A stretch of 64,000 bases of DNA from Nibricoccus sp. (GCA_047602425.1 JASGHG010000001.1:1056001-1120000); one strand, 5' to 3'. Numbered from the stretch's first letter, positions 1 to 10,645 are shown. Program-made: numbers and translations. Notes: a model not told the origin generated them from the sequence alone.

Positions 1-748
1 TTTGTTTTTCGACGAACGAGACCGGAATCGTGTAACCCAGTTTCGCTGCGGCCTCGATCACTTCGGTCATCAAGGCACGCACTTCGTTTTCGAGTTCGGG
101 CTGCGCGAGAATTTTGTCCGTCGTGATGCCGCCCGCCGCGATGGCGAGGCCGTTGAAGGGCACATTCCACACAAGTTTTTTCCATCGCAGTTCGGCGAGG
201 TTGTCGCCCGAGGAGCATTTCACGCCCGCGCGTTCGAACATCGCCTGGACGGCGCGCAAGCGATCGCCGATCGGCCGGCCGAATTCTCCAAACGCGACCG
301 CGCCTGGTTCGATGCAAAGAATTTCGCCCGGCGCGGTTCGGTTCACGCAAATAAAACAGAGTCCGCCCAGCACACGCTCCGCACCAAAAAGCGCCGCGAG
401 TTGCTCGTCGCTGCCGAGACCGTTTTGCAGTGTCAGAATCGCCGTGTCCGCCTTGAGCAGCGGTCGTATCAGGCTCTCGAATACGCCGTTCGCGGTCGTC
501 TTCAGCGCGATGACGACGAGGTCGCACGGGCCAATTTCCCCCGAATAACCGTGCACTTGCGGCGAGTTGACGACGATCTCCTGGCCTTTGGGCAATTGCA
601 CGCGGAGTCGTCCGTTCTTGCGCACGGCTTCCAAGTCGTTGCGCATCAGGAAATGGACATTTTCGTCCGCGGCGGCGAGTCGCGCTCCGTAGTAGCAGCC
701 GATGGCGCCCGGACCGACAATGGCGATTTTTGGCTTGGTAAAAGTCAT
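1..748 (-). CDS. panE: 2-dehydropantoate 2-reductase (ketopantoate reductase), 3' end outside window
   Basis: Manual translation from ATG at 748: MTFTKPKIAIVGPGAIGCYYGARLA..., a Rossmann GxGAIG start typical of ApbA/PanE. Lies downstream of panC-nadB. Not in the ORF track because it runs off the edge. Confidence 0.85.
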   Translation of the reverse strand, partial: MTFTKPKIAIVGPGAIGCYYGARLAAADENVHFLMRNDLEAVRKNGRLRVQLPKGQEIVVNSPQVHGYSGEIGPCDLVVIALKTTANGVFESLIRPLLKADTAILTLQNGLGSDEQLAALFGAERVLGGLCFICVNRTAPGEILCIEPGAVAFGEFGRPIGDRLRAVQAMFERAGVKCSSGDNLAELRWKKLVWNVPFNGLAIAAGGITTDKILAQPELENEVRALMTEVIEAAAKLGYTIPVSFVEKQ

Positions 749-969
749 GGATGAATCGAAGCTTCCCGAGGCGTACCGAGGGAAAAAGGGGCTGATATTC
801 ACAGGTGGAAATCACCTGACTGTCACATTCATTTTAATGCTAATTTTTTGCTAATACACACTTCTCGCCGGTTCCCAGCATCTTGCGTCTTTACATGTTA
901 TCCCTTGCGCAAAGTTAGAGGATCTTAAGGCGAAGTAGCTCACAACTTGTTCACTTACCCCCTCGTGGC

Positions 970-2583
970 TCAGCGGTTGGCCGCCGCCCGGCGCACCGAC
1001 GAATCCCGGGGAGAACGCAATTTTTTCGGGAAATCCGCGATGGCATGAAGGCCCCGGCTCTCTTTTCGTTGCAGCGCGCAAGTCACGACGAGCTCGGCAA
1101 TTTGAATCAGATTGCGCAGCTCAAGCAGGTGCGGATCCACCGAAAAATTCCAATAGTAGTCGTGAATTTCCTTGGTGAGATTCGCGATGCGCGTGCGGGC
1201 GCGTTCAAGGCGTTTCGTCGTGCGCATGATACTGACGTAATCCCACATCGTGCGCCGAAGTTCGTCCCAGTTGTGGGTGACGACCACGCGTTCGTCGACA
1301 TCGCCGCCGCCGAGATCGACCCAATGCGGTATTTTGATTTCGGATACGCTCTTGGCCGACTTGAGAAAGGCGTCAACCGACTCCGCGCCGCGATGCGCCA
1401 TGACCACCGCTTCGAGCAGCGAGTTGCTCGCCAGGCGGTTCGCGCCGTGCAAGCCTGTGCAGGCAACCTCGCCGCAGGCATACAGACCGGGCAGGCTTGT
1501 CTCTGCCGAGAGGTTGGTCGCGACGCCGCCACAGGTGTAATGCGCGGCCGGCACCACGGGAATCATGTCCTTCGCGATGTTGATATCGAGTTTGCGGCAG
1601 GCTTCGTAGATCTGGGGAAAACGCTCACGCAGAAACGCCTCGTTGCGATGCGTGATATCGAGCCAGACGTGCGGCGAACCGGATTTTTTCATCTCGGTGT
1701 CGATGGCACGAGCCACGATGTCGCGCGGCGCCAGGTCGGCCAGCTCGTGATAGCCGCGCATGAAGGCTTCGCCGGCAGCGTTCCGCAAAATCGCACCTTC
1801 GCCGCGTACGGCTTCGCTGATGAGGAAACGTTCGCCTTTCAGCGAATACAGCGCGGTCGGGTGAAACTGAATAAATTCCATGTTTCGCACCTCGACGCCC
1901 GCGCGGTACGCCATCGCAATGCCGTCACCGGTCGCAATACCTGGATTCGTCGTATAAAGATAAACCTGGCCGGCCCCGCCGGTGGAAAGCATCACGACTG
2001 GCGCATGAAACGTCACCACGCGTTTGTCGCGCACATCGAGCGCGTAGAGACCGACAATGCGGTTCGTGCCGCTGGGGCGTTTGCGATGCGCGAGCTTGTC
2101 GGTCGTGATCACGTCGATCGCAAAAAAATGTTCGAACAACGCGATGCGCGGTTCCTGCGACACGGCCCGCAAGAGCGCCTCCTCAATCGCTTTTCCCGTC
2201 ATATCCTTGACGTGGAGAATGCGGCGTTTGCTGTGGCCGCCTTCACGCCCGAGATCGTAGGCGCCGGACTGCGTGCGGGAAAATTTCAGGCCGATATCGA
2301 CCAGTTCCTTCACCCGCTCCGGACCGTCGCGCACGATTTCGCGAACAACCTTTTCGTTGCAAAGTCCGTCGCCCGCGACGAGCGTATCCCGCACATGGGA
2401 GGGAAAATCGTCGGTCTTCGAGGTCACGACGGCAATTCCTCCTTGCGCATAGTTCGTGTTCGACTCAGCGCGGGTCTTTTTGGTGAGGATCGCGACCGTG
2501 TGGCCCTGCTGCGCGACTTTCAGCGCGAAGCTCAGGCCCGCGATGCCGCTGCCGATGACGAGAACGTCGAAGGTACGTGTCAT
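970..2583 (-). CDS. nadB: L-aspartate oxidase
   Basis: VIGSGIAGL FAD motif, SNTNYAQGGIA, REGGHSKRRILH, QFHPT, HYTCGG, GLHGANRLASNSLLE, RKESRGLH. Confidence 0.97.
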   Translation of the reverse strand: MTRTFDVLVIGSGIAGLSFALKVAQQGHTVAILTKKTRAESNTNYAQGGIAVVTSKTDDFPSHVRDTLVAGDGLCNEKVVREIVRDGPERVKELVDIGLKFSRTQSGAYDLGREGGHSKRRILHVKDMTGKAIEEALLRAVSQEPRIALFEHFFAIDVITTDKLAHRKRPSGTNRIVGLYALDVRDKRVVTFHAPVVMLSTGGAGQVYLYTTNPGIATGDGIAMAYRAGVEVRNMEFIQFHPTALYSLKGERFLISEAVRGEGAILRNAAGEAFMRGYHELADLAPRDIVARAIDTEMKKSGSPHVWLDITHRNEAFLRERFPQIYEACRKLDINIAKDMIPVVPAAHYTCGGVATNLSAETSLPGLYACGEVACTGLHGANRLASNSLLEAVVMAHRGAESVDAFLKSAKSVSEIKIPHWVDLGGGDVDERVVVTHNWDELRRTMWDYVSIMRTTKRLERARTRIANLTKEIHDYYWNFSVDPHLLELRNLIQIAELVVTCALQRKESRGLHAIADFPKKLRSPRDSSVRRAAANR

Positions 2584-2630
2584 GGGAAAATCGATACGTT
2601 GAGCCCGCTGGTCGTAAAAAGCGACGCTGC

Positions 2631-3473
2631 TCAGAGCATCATATTATCGATCAGTCGCACTTCGTCGACCCAGGCCGCGATGGCGATCAACGACACACCG
2701 GGCACGACATCGCGCATGGCTTCCATGGTGTTGCGATTCACGACGGCGATGTAAATGATGCGGACGCGACGTTTCTGACCGAGGATGTGCGTCGCCTCGG
2801 CGATGAGGCGGTCGGAGCGCAGTTCGCCCTTTTCGACCATGCCCTTGGCATAACGGAGCGCCTCGCTGATCGCGAGCGCCTCTGACCTCTGGTTGTTGGT
2901 TAGGTAACGGTTGCGGGAACTCTTCGCGAGTCCGTCCTCGTCGCGGATCGTCGGCGCCACCACAATGTCGACGGAGAACTGGAGGTCCTGCACCATCTTG
3001 CGGATGACTGCGACCTGCTGCGCATCCTTCTGGCCGAAGACGGCGAGGTCGGGACGAACAATATTAAAGAGTAGCGCCACGACGGTCGTCACACCGCGGA
3101 AATGCGCCGGCCGCGAAACCCCTTCGAGCGGTTTGCCGACGAACTCCTCGGTGATATAGGTCGAGTAACCCTTCGGATAAATTTCATCCACTGGTGGCGC
3201 AAAAACGATATCGGCCCCGGCCTCTTCGCAACGTTTCAAGTCCGCCTCCAACTCGCGCGGGTATTTCGCAAAATCTTCGTTGGGACCGAACTGTGTCGGA
3301 TTAACGAAGATCGACACCACCACCTTGTCGGCTTGTTCCGCCGCCTGACGAATCAGGCTCAGGTGCCCATCGTGCAAGGCGCCCATGGTGGGCACGAGGC
3401 CGATGATCTGACCTTTTGAGCGCAACTCTTCAGTGAGAGTTCGCATTTCAGTGACGGAGTTAACTTTTTGCAT
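2631..3473 (-). CDS. panC: pantoate--beta-alanine ligase
   Basis: [49 protein letters not shown]. Confidence 0.97.
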   Translation of the reverse strand: MQKVNSVTEMRTLTEELRSKGQIIGLVPTMGALHDGHLSLIRQAAEQADKVVVSIFVNPTQFGPNEDFAKYPRELEADLKRCEEAGADIVFAPPVDEIYPKGYSTYITEEFVGKPLEGVSRPAHFRGVTTVVALLFNIVRPDLAVFGQKDAQQVAVIRKMVQDLQFSVDIVVAPTIRDEDGLAKSSRNRYLTNNQRSEALAISEALRYAKGMVEKGELRSDRLIAEATHILGQKRRVRIIYIAVVNRNTMEAMRDVVPGVSLIAIAAWVDEVRLIDNMML

Positions 3474-3585
3474 AACGAAACAGTGGCGCTTGAAAAAGAG
3501 GCTGGCGTGCCGGGGAAAATCACACCGTAGGCTTGAACTAATGCGAGTGGCCGCACTTATTCAAGTTTTTCGCCTCCGTATTACC

Positions 3586-4809
3586 ATGATTCGCATCAAC
3601 GAAAACTACACCAAGCTCAAGGCCTCCTATCTGTTCTCCGACATCGCCAAGCGAGTCACCGCGTACACGCAGGCAAATCCGCAGAAACCCGTCATTCGCC
3701 TCGGCATCGGCGATGTCACCGAACCACTTCCTCCAGTCTGCGTCGAGGCGCTACATTCCGGCGCCGATGAAATGAGCAAGCGCGCCACCTTCAAGGGCTA
3801 CGGTCCCGAACAAGGCTATGCGTTTCTCCGGGAAGCCATTGCGCAAAATGACTACCATGCCCGCGGAGCCAAAATCGATGCCGACGAAATCTTCGTCAGC
3901 GACGGCTCCAAGTGCGACTGCGGCAACATCCAGGAAATTTTCGCCAACGACGTCCGCCTCGCCATTCCCGATCCCGTGTATCCGGTTTATGTCGACACCA
4001 ACGTCATGGCCGGCCGCACGGGCGCTAATGTCGATGGTCGCTATCAAGGCATCACTTATCTCGATTCAAACGCCGGCAACGGCTATGTCCCCGCCATCCC
4101 CGGCGTCGCGACGGATCTGATTTATCTTTGTTTCCCTAATAATCCGACGGGCGCCGTCGCCACAAAGGCCCAGCTCGAAGCCTGGGTCGCCTACGCCAAG
4201 AAAAACAAGGCGATCATCCTCTTCGATTCCGCCTACGAAGCCTACATTCGCGATCCGCAAATTCCTCACAGCATCTACGAAATCGAAGGCGCGCGCGATG
4301 TCGCCATCGAGTTCCGCAGCTTCTCAAAGACCGCCGGCTTCACCGGCACCCGTTGTGCCTACACCGTGGTTCCGAAGTCGCTCGTCGCCTGGGACGCCGC
4401 CGGCAACTCCCACCCGTTGCACGCGCTCTGGAACCGTCGTCACACCACCAAATTCAATGGCGTCTCCTACCCTGTGCAAAAGGCCGCCGCCTCGATCTTC
4501 ACGCCCGAGGGCAAGAAGCAGGTCAAAGAAATGACCGACTTCTACCTCGGCAACGCCGCGCTCATTCGCGAGGCGATGAACAAGCTCGGCTTCAGCTGCG
4601 TCGGCGGCGTCAACGCCCCGTACATCTGGATCAACGTCGGCCGCGACTCGTGGGAATTCTTCGACCTGCTCCTCAACAAGGCCCAGGTCGTCTGCACGCC
4701 CGGCGCCGGCTTTGGTCGCTGTGGTGAAGGCCACGTCCGCATCAGCGCTTTCAACAGCCGCGAAAACGTCGTCACCGCCCTCGAACGTATCGCTGCCGCG
4801 CTGAAATAA
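3586..4809 (+). CDS. dapL: LL-diaminopimelate aminotransferase
   Basis: [52 protein letters not shown]. Start moved to the ATG at 3586 (MIRINENY). Confidence 0.95.
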   Translation: MIRINENYTKLKASYLFSDIAKRVTAYTQANPQKPVIRLGIGDVTEPLPPVCVEALHSGADEMSKRATFKGYGPEQGYAFLREAIAQNDYHARGAKIDADEIFVSDGSKCDCGNIQEIFANDVRLAIPDPVYPVYVDTNVMAGRTGANVDGRYQGITYLDSNAGNGYVPAIPGVATDLIYLCFPNNPTGAVATKAQLEAWVAYAKKNKAIILFDSAYEAYIRDPQIPHSIYEIEGARDVAIEFRSFSKTAGFTGTRCAYTVVPKSLVAWDAAGNSHPLHALWNRRHTTKFNGVSYPVQKAAASIFTPEGKKQVKEMTDFYLGNAALIREAMNKLGFSCVGGVNAPYIWINVGRDSWEFFDLLLNKAQVVCTPGAGFGRCGEGHVRISAFNSRENVVTALERIAAALK

Positions 4810-4830
4810 GCTCCGGCCGGGCGTCTTCAC

Positions 4831-5058
4831 ATGATCAAACGAATCCTTGGCCTTGTCCTCATTTTTGCCGGTGTCTGGCTGTTCGCTGCAGGCTGGTCGC
4901 GCAAGGACTCGCTCATGGGATCGCTCGCTGAAACCGGCACGAGCATCGCCAACAAGTTCGATGGCGGTGCCCGTACGCCGAAGCACATGATCTATCTGGG
5001 CGGTGGCGTGCTGGTGGCGGTCAGCGGTGCCATCCTCGTCTTTTCGCGACAAAATTGA
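4831..5058 (+). CDS. small two-helix membrane protein (DUF3185-like)
   Basis: 75 aa with two hydrophobic segments flanking a short polar loop; directly follows dapL. Confidence 0.7.
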   Translation: MIKRILGLVLIFAGVWLFAAGWSRKDSLMGSLAETGTSIANKFDGGARTPKHMIYLGGGVLVAVSGAILVFSRQN

Positions 5059-5096
5059 TTTCCATCTCGCGGAGGGTTTCGGCTCCGGACGCTCAG

Positions 5097-5125
5097 CAGC
5101 CACCGGGTCTGACACCCGGCGGCTG
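5097..5125. terminator. GC-rich hairpin between convergent genes
   Basis: cagccaccggg-tctgaca-cccggcggctg inverted repeat; no strong U tract. Confidence 0.45.
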
Positions 5126-5169
5126 CCCACAACCCGATCAAATACGACTTCAGTAAAACCAGCTCGTTT

Positions 5170-6813
5170 TTAGGGCCGGTATATTTCGTACACTGCACCA
5201 GCGGAACTGGAGACAACGAAGAGATTGCCATTGGGGCCGGTCTGGATGTCGGTGCCGACCCCAAAGCCAGAACCAAACATCAGCGATTCGCTCTCGGTTG
5301 CGTTGAACTTTGCCGTGTTGTCCGCCACGAGATCGGCCAGCCGGGGATCCGTCCACGCCAGACGCTGGCGATTTTCCGTGAGTTTAAAGCGGAAGAGATA
5401 GCCGGCCGCGAGCACCGGAGTCGAAGCGCCGACAAAGAGATCGCCTTCATAAGCAGAGCCGAGCGATCTGTCGGTCATGAAGCCGATCGCCGCCGGAGCC
5501 GTGGCGTATTTCCAGCTGAACTGCGGATCGCCGTAATGCGAACCAGGGATGTCGACCATTCTCGAACGAGCGACAATCGGAGAATCCGCGATGTTCGCGG
5601 GCGGCCAGCGAAGTTGTTGAAGCGCGCCGGGCGGTGTTGGGAAAGTTGTCTCGATCGCCTTGAAATCGGTCACGCGCATCAACGGCCCCATCGCCTGAAT
5701 CCAGCCGCCGTTGTGGCCGGGCTCGATGCGATTGATCTCGTCGAAGGAGTCGTCGCCATTTTCCGATTCCCAGAGTTCTCCCGTTTTGGGATCCACCGCG
5801 AGGCCGAAGCTGTTGCGCACGCCATAGGCGAAAATGCGTTGGAAGTTCGCGCCTTCCTCGCCGCCGACGGTCGCACCGTATTCAAAAAATGGATTGTCGC
5901 GCGGCGTCGATCCGTCGTCGTTGAGCCGAAGAACCACGCCCGTCAAATGGGCATTATCCGGTTCTGGTCCGCCAAACTGGTCGTCCGGCACGCCTGGGCC
6001 GTTTGCCCCTTGTAACAGGTTTTGCAACATGCCCCGCCGGCCGTTGTCGCCGATGATCACAAAAAGTTTCTCACGCCGATCCTTTCGCCACCACCAGCTC
6101 CGGCTATGATCGTCGGTGGTTTCAAAACGAATCAGGCCTCCGTTGTGATTACCCCGCAGCGGTTGACCCGGGTCGGCCTGATAAGCGTGCAGCATGATGA
6201 TGTTGCGGTCGAAACGAAGTTTCTGCGCCCGGCGATCCCAGACGAAGCGGTCGACACGGTTGCCAAAAGGTTGGGGCGTACCAGGTGGATAGGGAGAGTT
6301 TGGATTTCCCACCTCGGCCAGTACGTTGCTGTCCATGCCCGTGCTGCTTTCGGTCCAATAGAGATAAACCCATTTGTTGCGCTCAAAATCCGGATGCAAC
6401 GCGAGACCGAGCAAACCGCGTTCCGACGCAAAGTTAACCGGAAGATCGAGCACCGTGGCGACAACCACGCCGTTGACCACACGCTTCACCTGACCGGTTG
6501 ATTTCTCGGTCACGAAAAAGTCGTTGGCCTTGAGAAAGCCCATATTGATTGGCTGCGTCAGCCCGCTTACAACCGTGCGCACCGCAAGTTTGGGATCGGT
6601 AACTGTGGGCTGCGAGTGAACGTGAAGGGGAACCGCTGCCAGCAAAAGCCCGGTTAGAATCGATAAAATCCGCCCACGCCTTATGCGTTTTCTTGAGTGA
6701 TCTTCACTTCCGGAAATGCCACTGAAAGAAGAATCGAAGTTTGAAAACGTCGGAGTGCCATGAAAGGCGCCAACGTGAGAGGCACGCGGTATATAAAACT
6801 TTTCCGGATTCAT
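5170..6813 (-). CDS. PQQ-dependent sugar dehydrogenase (glucose/sorbosone dehydrogenase family), secreted
   Basis: SERGLLGLALHPDF, HNGG, AYGVRNSFG, ENGDDSFDEIN motifs. Signal-like segment at residues ~45-67, so the true start may lie downstream of 6813. Confidence 0.85.
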   Translation of the reverse strand: MNPEKFYIPRASHVGAFHGTPTFSNFDSSFSGISGSEDHSRKRIRRGRILSILTGLLLAAVPLHVHSQPTVTDPKLAVRTVVSGLTQPINMGFLKANDFFVTEKSTGQVKRVVNGVVVATVLDLPVNFASERGLLGLALHPDFERNKWVYLYWTESSTGMDSNVLAEVGNPNSPYPPGTPQPFGNRVDRFVWDRRAQKLRFDRNIIMLHAYQADPGQPLRGNHNGGLIRFETTDDHSRSWWWRKDRREKLFVIIGDNGRRGMLQNLLQGANGPGVPDDQFGGPEPDNAHLTGVVLRLNDDGSTPRDNPFFEYGATVGGEEGANFQRIFAYGVRNSFGLAVDPKTGELWESENGDDSFDEINRIEPGHNGGWIQAMGPLMRVTDFKAIETTFPTPPGALQQLRWPPANIADSPIVARSRMVDIPGSHYGDPQFSWKYATAPAAIGFMTDRSLGSAYEGDLFVGASTPVLAAGYLFRFKLTENRQRLAWTDPRLADLVADNTAKFNATESESLMFGSGFGVGTDIQTGPNGNLFVVSSSAGAVYEIYRP

Positions 6814-7068
6814 AAGCTACAGGGATTGAGGGTTACCTTCCATGAAGCCGGAATCTGCAATCTCCCGTATGACTGACTCCCTTGTCCGCAAACGATTCGA
6901 AAATAGTAACAGTTCTGTTAGGAAATCGAGGCAAAGGCCTACCTACGCGCGGCTCGGAAAAACCGTGGACACAATCCCTCTGCTGCGCGCGCTGCTTTGG
7001 CGCAGTCAACTGATTCGGGAATCGTCTTGGAGTCTGACGAAAACCGCCAGATTTCTCACTAATCTTGC

Positions 7069-7100
7069 AAGTCGCACCCGGTTAACCCGGGGTGCGACTT
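7069..7100 (-). terminator. hairpin downstream of cysN
   Basis: aagtcgcacc...ggtgcgactt inverted repeat 30 nt past the cysN stop. Confidence 0.55.
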
Positions 7101-7130
7101 CAAACGATATAATCGCCTAAAGCTTTTCCC

Positions 7131-8465
7131 TTACAGACCGCCCATTTCAACAAACTGCGTTGCCGGCCGACCTTCGCGTTCGTCGGGCCAGAGAATCATG
7201 CCGGCTCCCACGGTATTATTGGTGTGTTCGTCGATGAGAATGAAGCTACCCGTGTTGCGATTGCGACGATAGCCGTCGAAGAACAGGGGGACCGCGGTGC
7301 GAATATGCACGCGACCAATGTCATTCATCGCAATCTCAGGATTGCCCTCGATTTTATGAAGCGTGTTGATGTCGACTTTGTAGCGAACGGTCTTCAGCAC
7401 GCACTTCGCCTCTTTTGTCGTGTGGCGAAGGATGTATTTTCCATTCGGCTGAAGTTTCTTGTCCGAGAACCAGCAGATCATCGCTTCCACGTCCTGGCTG
7501 ATGTGCGGCTGGTTGTTGGACTTCACGATCATGTCGCCCCGGGAAATATCGATTTCGTCTTCGAGCGTGATCACGGCCGACATCGGGGAAAACACTTCCT
7601 TGGCATCGCCGTCGGAGCTGTGCACCGATTTGATGCGCGAAGTAAAACCTGACGGCAGGGCCAAAACCTCGTCGCCCACCTTGAACACGCCACCGGCCAC
7701 GCGCCCGGCGAAGCCACGGAAATCGTGATGCTCCGTCGAGTTTGGACGGATCACGGTTTGCACGGGAAAACGCGCGTCGACATGGTTGGCATCGCTGCCG
7801 ATATAGACAGTTTCGAGCGTGTAAAGCAGCGAAGGACCTTTGTACCAAGGCGTACGTTCGGATTTGTCCACCACGTTGTCGCCATGCAGCGCGCTGATCG
7901 GGATGAACTTCACGTCGTTGATCTCAAGGCGCGAGGCAAACTCGGTGTATTTCGCGACGATGTTGTCGAACACCTCCTGCTTAAAGTCGACGAGGTCCAT
8001 TTTGTTCACGCAAACGACGAGATGCGGGATGCGCAGCAGCGAGGCGATGAACGAGTGGCGGCAGGTTTGTTCGATCACGCCTTTGCGGGCATCGATCAGG
8101 ATAATGGCGAGGTTCGCAGTCGAGGCGCCCGTCACCATGTTGCGTGTGTACTGGATGTGGCCGGGCGTGTCCGCGATGATGAATTTGCGCTTCGGCGTGG
8201 CAAAATAACGGTAGGCCACGTCGATCGTGATGCCTTGTTCGCGTTCGGCGCGAAGCCCGTCGGTGAGAAGCGAAAGATTGAGGTGCTCTTCACCGCGTTG
8301 TTCGGTCGCGCGCTCGATCGCGTCGAGTTGGTCCTCGAAAATCGCCTTCGAATCATAGAGAAGGCGGCCGATCAGCGTGGATTTGCCGTCGTCGACACTG
8401 CCCGCCGTGGTGAAGCGGAGCAGGTCCATGGAAAGATAATGGGTATCGATAGCAGAGTCAGACAT
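7131..8465 (-). CDS. cysN: sulfate adenylyltransferase subunit 1 (GTPase)
   Basis: TAGSVDDGKSTLIGRLL, EREQGITIDVAYRYF, DTPGHIQYTRNM, NKMD. Confidence 0.97.
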   Translation of the reverse strand: MSDSAIDTHYLSMDLLRFTTAGSVDDGKSTLIGRLLYDSKAIFEDQLDAIERATEQRGEEHLNLSLLTDGLRAEREQGITIDVAYRYFATPKRKFIIADTPGHIQYTRNMVTGASTANLAIILIDARKGVIEQTCRHSFIASLLRIPHLVVCVNKMDLVDFKQEVFDNIVAKYTEFASRLEINDVKFIPISALHGDNVVDKSERTPWYKGPSLLYTLETVYIGSDANHVDARFPVQTVIRPNSTEHHDFRGFAGRVAGGVFKVGDEVLALPSGFTSRIKSVHSSDGDAKEVFSPMSAVITLEDEIDISRGDMIVKSNNQPHISQDVEAMICWFSDKKLQPNGKYILRHTTKEAKCVLKTVRYKVDINTLHKIEGNPEIAMNDIGRVHIRTAVPLFFDGYRRNRNTGSFILIDEHTNNTVGAGMILWPDEREGRPATQFVEMGGL

Positions 8466-8474
8466 TTTGTACGG

Positions 8475-8617
8475 GAAATCCCAAGGACCAAAGGATCAAA
8501 CGCCAAACAAATGGCGCGGCCTGCGGCGCAGGGATTATTTAGATTAAATTATTAGTTCGGTTTTCCTTTGGCCATTCCGCTGATTTTTGGAATTTGGCGT
8601 CTGGGATTTGAGATTTC
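8475..8617. repeat. heptad-repeat inverted element filling the cysD-cysN spacer
   Basis: Left arm gaaatc-ccaagga-ccaaagga-tcaaacg-ccaaaca; right arm read as reverse complement gaaatc-tcaaatc-ccagacg-ccaaatt-ccaaaaa; AT-rich core. Confidence 0.7.
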
Positions 8618-8618
8618 T

Positions 8619-9524
8619 TTAGAAATACCCCGCCTTCTTGCGGTCTTCCATGGCGGTTTCGGAGCGTTTGTCGTCCGCGCGCGTACCGCGCTCGGTCTGA
8701 CGCGCGGTGGCGACTTCCTGAATGATATCGCCCAGAGTCGACGCCGTTGACTCGACCGCGCCGGTGCAAGTTGCGTCGCCGACGGTGCGGAAGCGAATGA
8801 TGCGCTTCTCCAGTTTTTCGCCGGGCATCACCGTGATGAACGGTGTGTTCGCCAGCAGCGTGCCGTTGCGGTTAACGACTTCGCGTTCGTGCGAGAAATA
8901 AAGCGAAGGCAGCGGGATTTTTTCCCGGGCGATGTATTGCCAGACATCCATTTCCGTCCAATTGGACAGAGGGAAAACGCGAAAGTGTTCGCCGTGGTTT
9001 TTGCGGCCGTTGAAAAGATTCCAAAGCTCCGGACGCTGGTTCTTCGGGTCCCATTGGCCGAATTCGTCGCGGTGCGAAAAGAAACGTTCCTTCGCGCGGG
9101 CTTTTTCCTCGTCACGGCGAGCACCGCCGAGACAGGCGTCAAATTTCAGTTCCTCGATCGAGTCGAGCAGCGTGACGGTTTGCAGGCCATTGCGGGAAGG
9201 ATTCGGGCCTTTTTCTTCGACGGCGCGGCCGGCTTTGATCGAATCCTCGACGTAACGAACGATCAAACGTGCACCAAGATCCTTCGCGAGTCGGTCGCGA
9301 AATTCGATCGCTTCCGGGAAATTATGTCCGGTGTCGATGTGCACGAGCGGAAACGGAATCTTCGCCGGTGCGAAAGCTTTTTGCGCCAGCCGAACCATCA
9401 CAATGGAGTCTTTTCCGCCCGAAAAAAGCAGGGCGGGGCGTTCAAATTGCGCGGCGACTTCCCGCATGACAAAAATCGCCTCGTGTTCAAGCTGGGCGAG
9501 GTGGGTGAGATTATACGAACTCAT
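8619..9524 (-). CDS. cysD: sulfate adenylyltransferase subunit 2
   Basis: LLFSGGKDS, HIDTGHNF, GGARRDEEKARAKERFFS, WDPKNQRPELW, RFRTVGD. Confidence 0.97.
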   Translation of the reverse strand: MSSYNLTHLAQLEHEAIFVMREVAAQFERPALLFSGGKDSIVMVRLAQKAFAPAKIPFPLVHIDTGHNFPEAIEFRDRLAKDLGARLIVRYVEDSIKAGRAVEEKGPNPSRNGLQTVTLLDSIEELKFDACLGGARRDEEKARAKERFFSHRDEFGQWDPKNQRPELWNLFNGRKNHGEHFRVFPLSNWTEMDVWQYIAREKIPLPSLYFSHEREVVNRNGTLLANTPFITVMPGEKLEKRIIRFRTVGDATCTGAVESTASTLGDIIQEVATARQTERGTRADDKRSETAMEDRKKAGYF

Positions 9525-10129
9525 GAAATTTTAATCTTTGGCAAAATATGAGCGTGCAACCGCGCCAGTGAGGCTTCGACGGTTTCAGTTTCGGTATCGA
9601 CGATGAAGACGTCGTCATCGCCGTTCGGCGTTTCAAAGCCGGAATCGCGGCCGGTGAATTGCTTCACCCCACCCGCGCCGGCTTTCGCATAGAGCCCTTT
9701 CGGATCGCGTTGCGCGCAGGTTTCAAAAGATGCCTTCACATAAACTTCGATGAAATCTTCCGCGCCAATAATCTCTCGCGCGCCTGCCCGAAGCGACCGC
9801 CGCGGCGTGATGAACGAGCACAAAGTAACCAGACCGGCATGCGCGAAAAGTTTCGCGACTTCGGCCACGCGGCGAATGTTTTCGGCGCGATCCGCATCGC
9901 TGAAACCGAGCCCGCGATTGAGTCCGGTGCGAACGTTGTCGCCGTCCAAAAGGTGCGTTGTAAAACCTTCGGCATGAAGCCGACGCTCCAATGCGTTGGC
10001 CAAGGTGCTTTTGCCGGAGCCAGATAAACCGTAGAGCCAGATCACCCGCGCGCGCTGCTTAAGCCGCTGCTCTTTTTCCGCGCGACTGAGCACACGGTCG
10101 AAGATCGGATGAAGGTTATCGGTGCTCAT
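9521..10129 (-). CDS. cysC: adenylyl-sulfate kinase
   Basis: GLSGSGKST P-loop, LDGDNVRTGL, RDPKGLYAKA; 4-nt overlap with cysD. Confidence 0.96.
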   Translation of the reverse strand: MSTDNLHPIFDRVLSRAEKEQRLKQRARVIWLYGLSGSGKSTLANALERRLHAEGFTTHLLDGDNVRTGLNRGLGFSDADRAENIRRVAEVAKLFAHAGLVTLCSFITPRRSLRAGAREIIGAEDFIEVYVKASFETCAQRDPKGLYAKAGAGGVKQFTGRDSGFETPNGDDDVFIVDTETETVEASLARLHAHILPKIKIS

Positions 10130-10142
10130 TATCTTTAGTTTG

Positions 10143-10166
10143 TTTACCTAAATGCATAGGATTAAA
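10143..10166 (-). promoter_or_regulatory. candidate operator upstream of cysC
   Basis: Imperfect palindrome ttta-ccta-aatgca-tagg-attaaa in the AT-rich cys promoter region. Confidence 0.35.
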
Positions 10167-10230
10167 TCTCGCTTCAAGTGTTATCTTTCGATTATTTCGT
10201 TAGTTGCTTTAAACCAACGTGTTGAAATAA

Positions 10231-10506
10231 TTAACGAATATTAAAACCGGCAAATTGCGGTTCACGTTTCGCTGGCGTGCGTTCCGTTTTACGGATGTAA
10301 CCGTGCATTCGTTCTTCCACGGCCGTGATAAAGGCTTTCACCGTTTGCGGCTCGCCTTCCGCTTCGAGTTGCACACGCCCGTCCGTGAGATTTTTCACCC
10401 AGCCCGCCACTTCAAACTCCTTCGCAACTTGCAGAGTTGTGTAACGAAAGCCTACGCCTTGAACCCGTCCGGTGAAGTAGACTGTTTCGTGATAAATTTC
10501 AGACAT
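10231..10506 (-). CDS. acyP: acylphosphatase
   Basis: GRVQGVGFR and GWVKNLTDGRV signatures. Confidence 0.95.
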   Translation of the reverse strand: MSEIYHETVYFTGRVQGVGFRYTTLQVAKEFEVAGWVKNLTDGRVQLEAEGEPQTVKAFITAVEERMHGYIRKTERTPAKREPQFAGFNIR

Positions 10507-10645
10507 AGCGTGGAAATAGAAACTTGTGCGAGAGCGCTTCGTTTTTCAATCCGCAAAGCCATTGTGCGCACTGAAGAATGGGCCTTTTGCGTTGCATTCA
10601 GAACAAACCAGCGCACGTTTTAGCCACGTTCCCGTCTGATAACAA

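Noticed and set aside
2..754. 250-aa plus-strand ORF
   Set aside because: Antisense to the panE reading frame, which has clear family motifs.
755..969. AT-rich nadB-panE spacer with a short caggtg/cacctg hairpin
   Set aside because: No recognisable riboswitch or terminated sRNA; probably just a promoter region.
1045..2754. Long antisense ORFs (569 aa here; also 25105-26643, 57610-58761, 61969-63210 and others)
   Set aside because: They are shadow frames of well-supported genes in GC-rich DNA, with no recognisable motifs.
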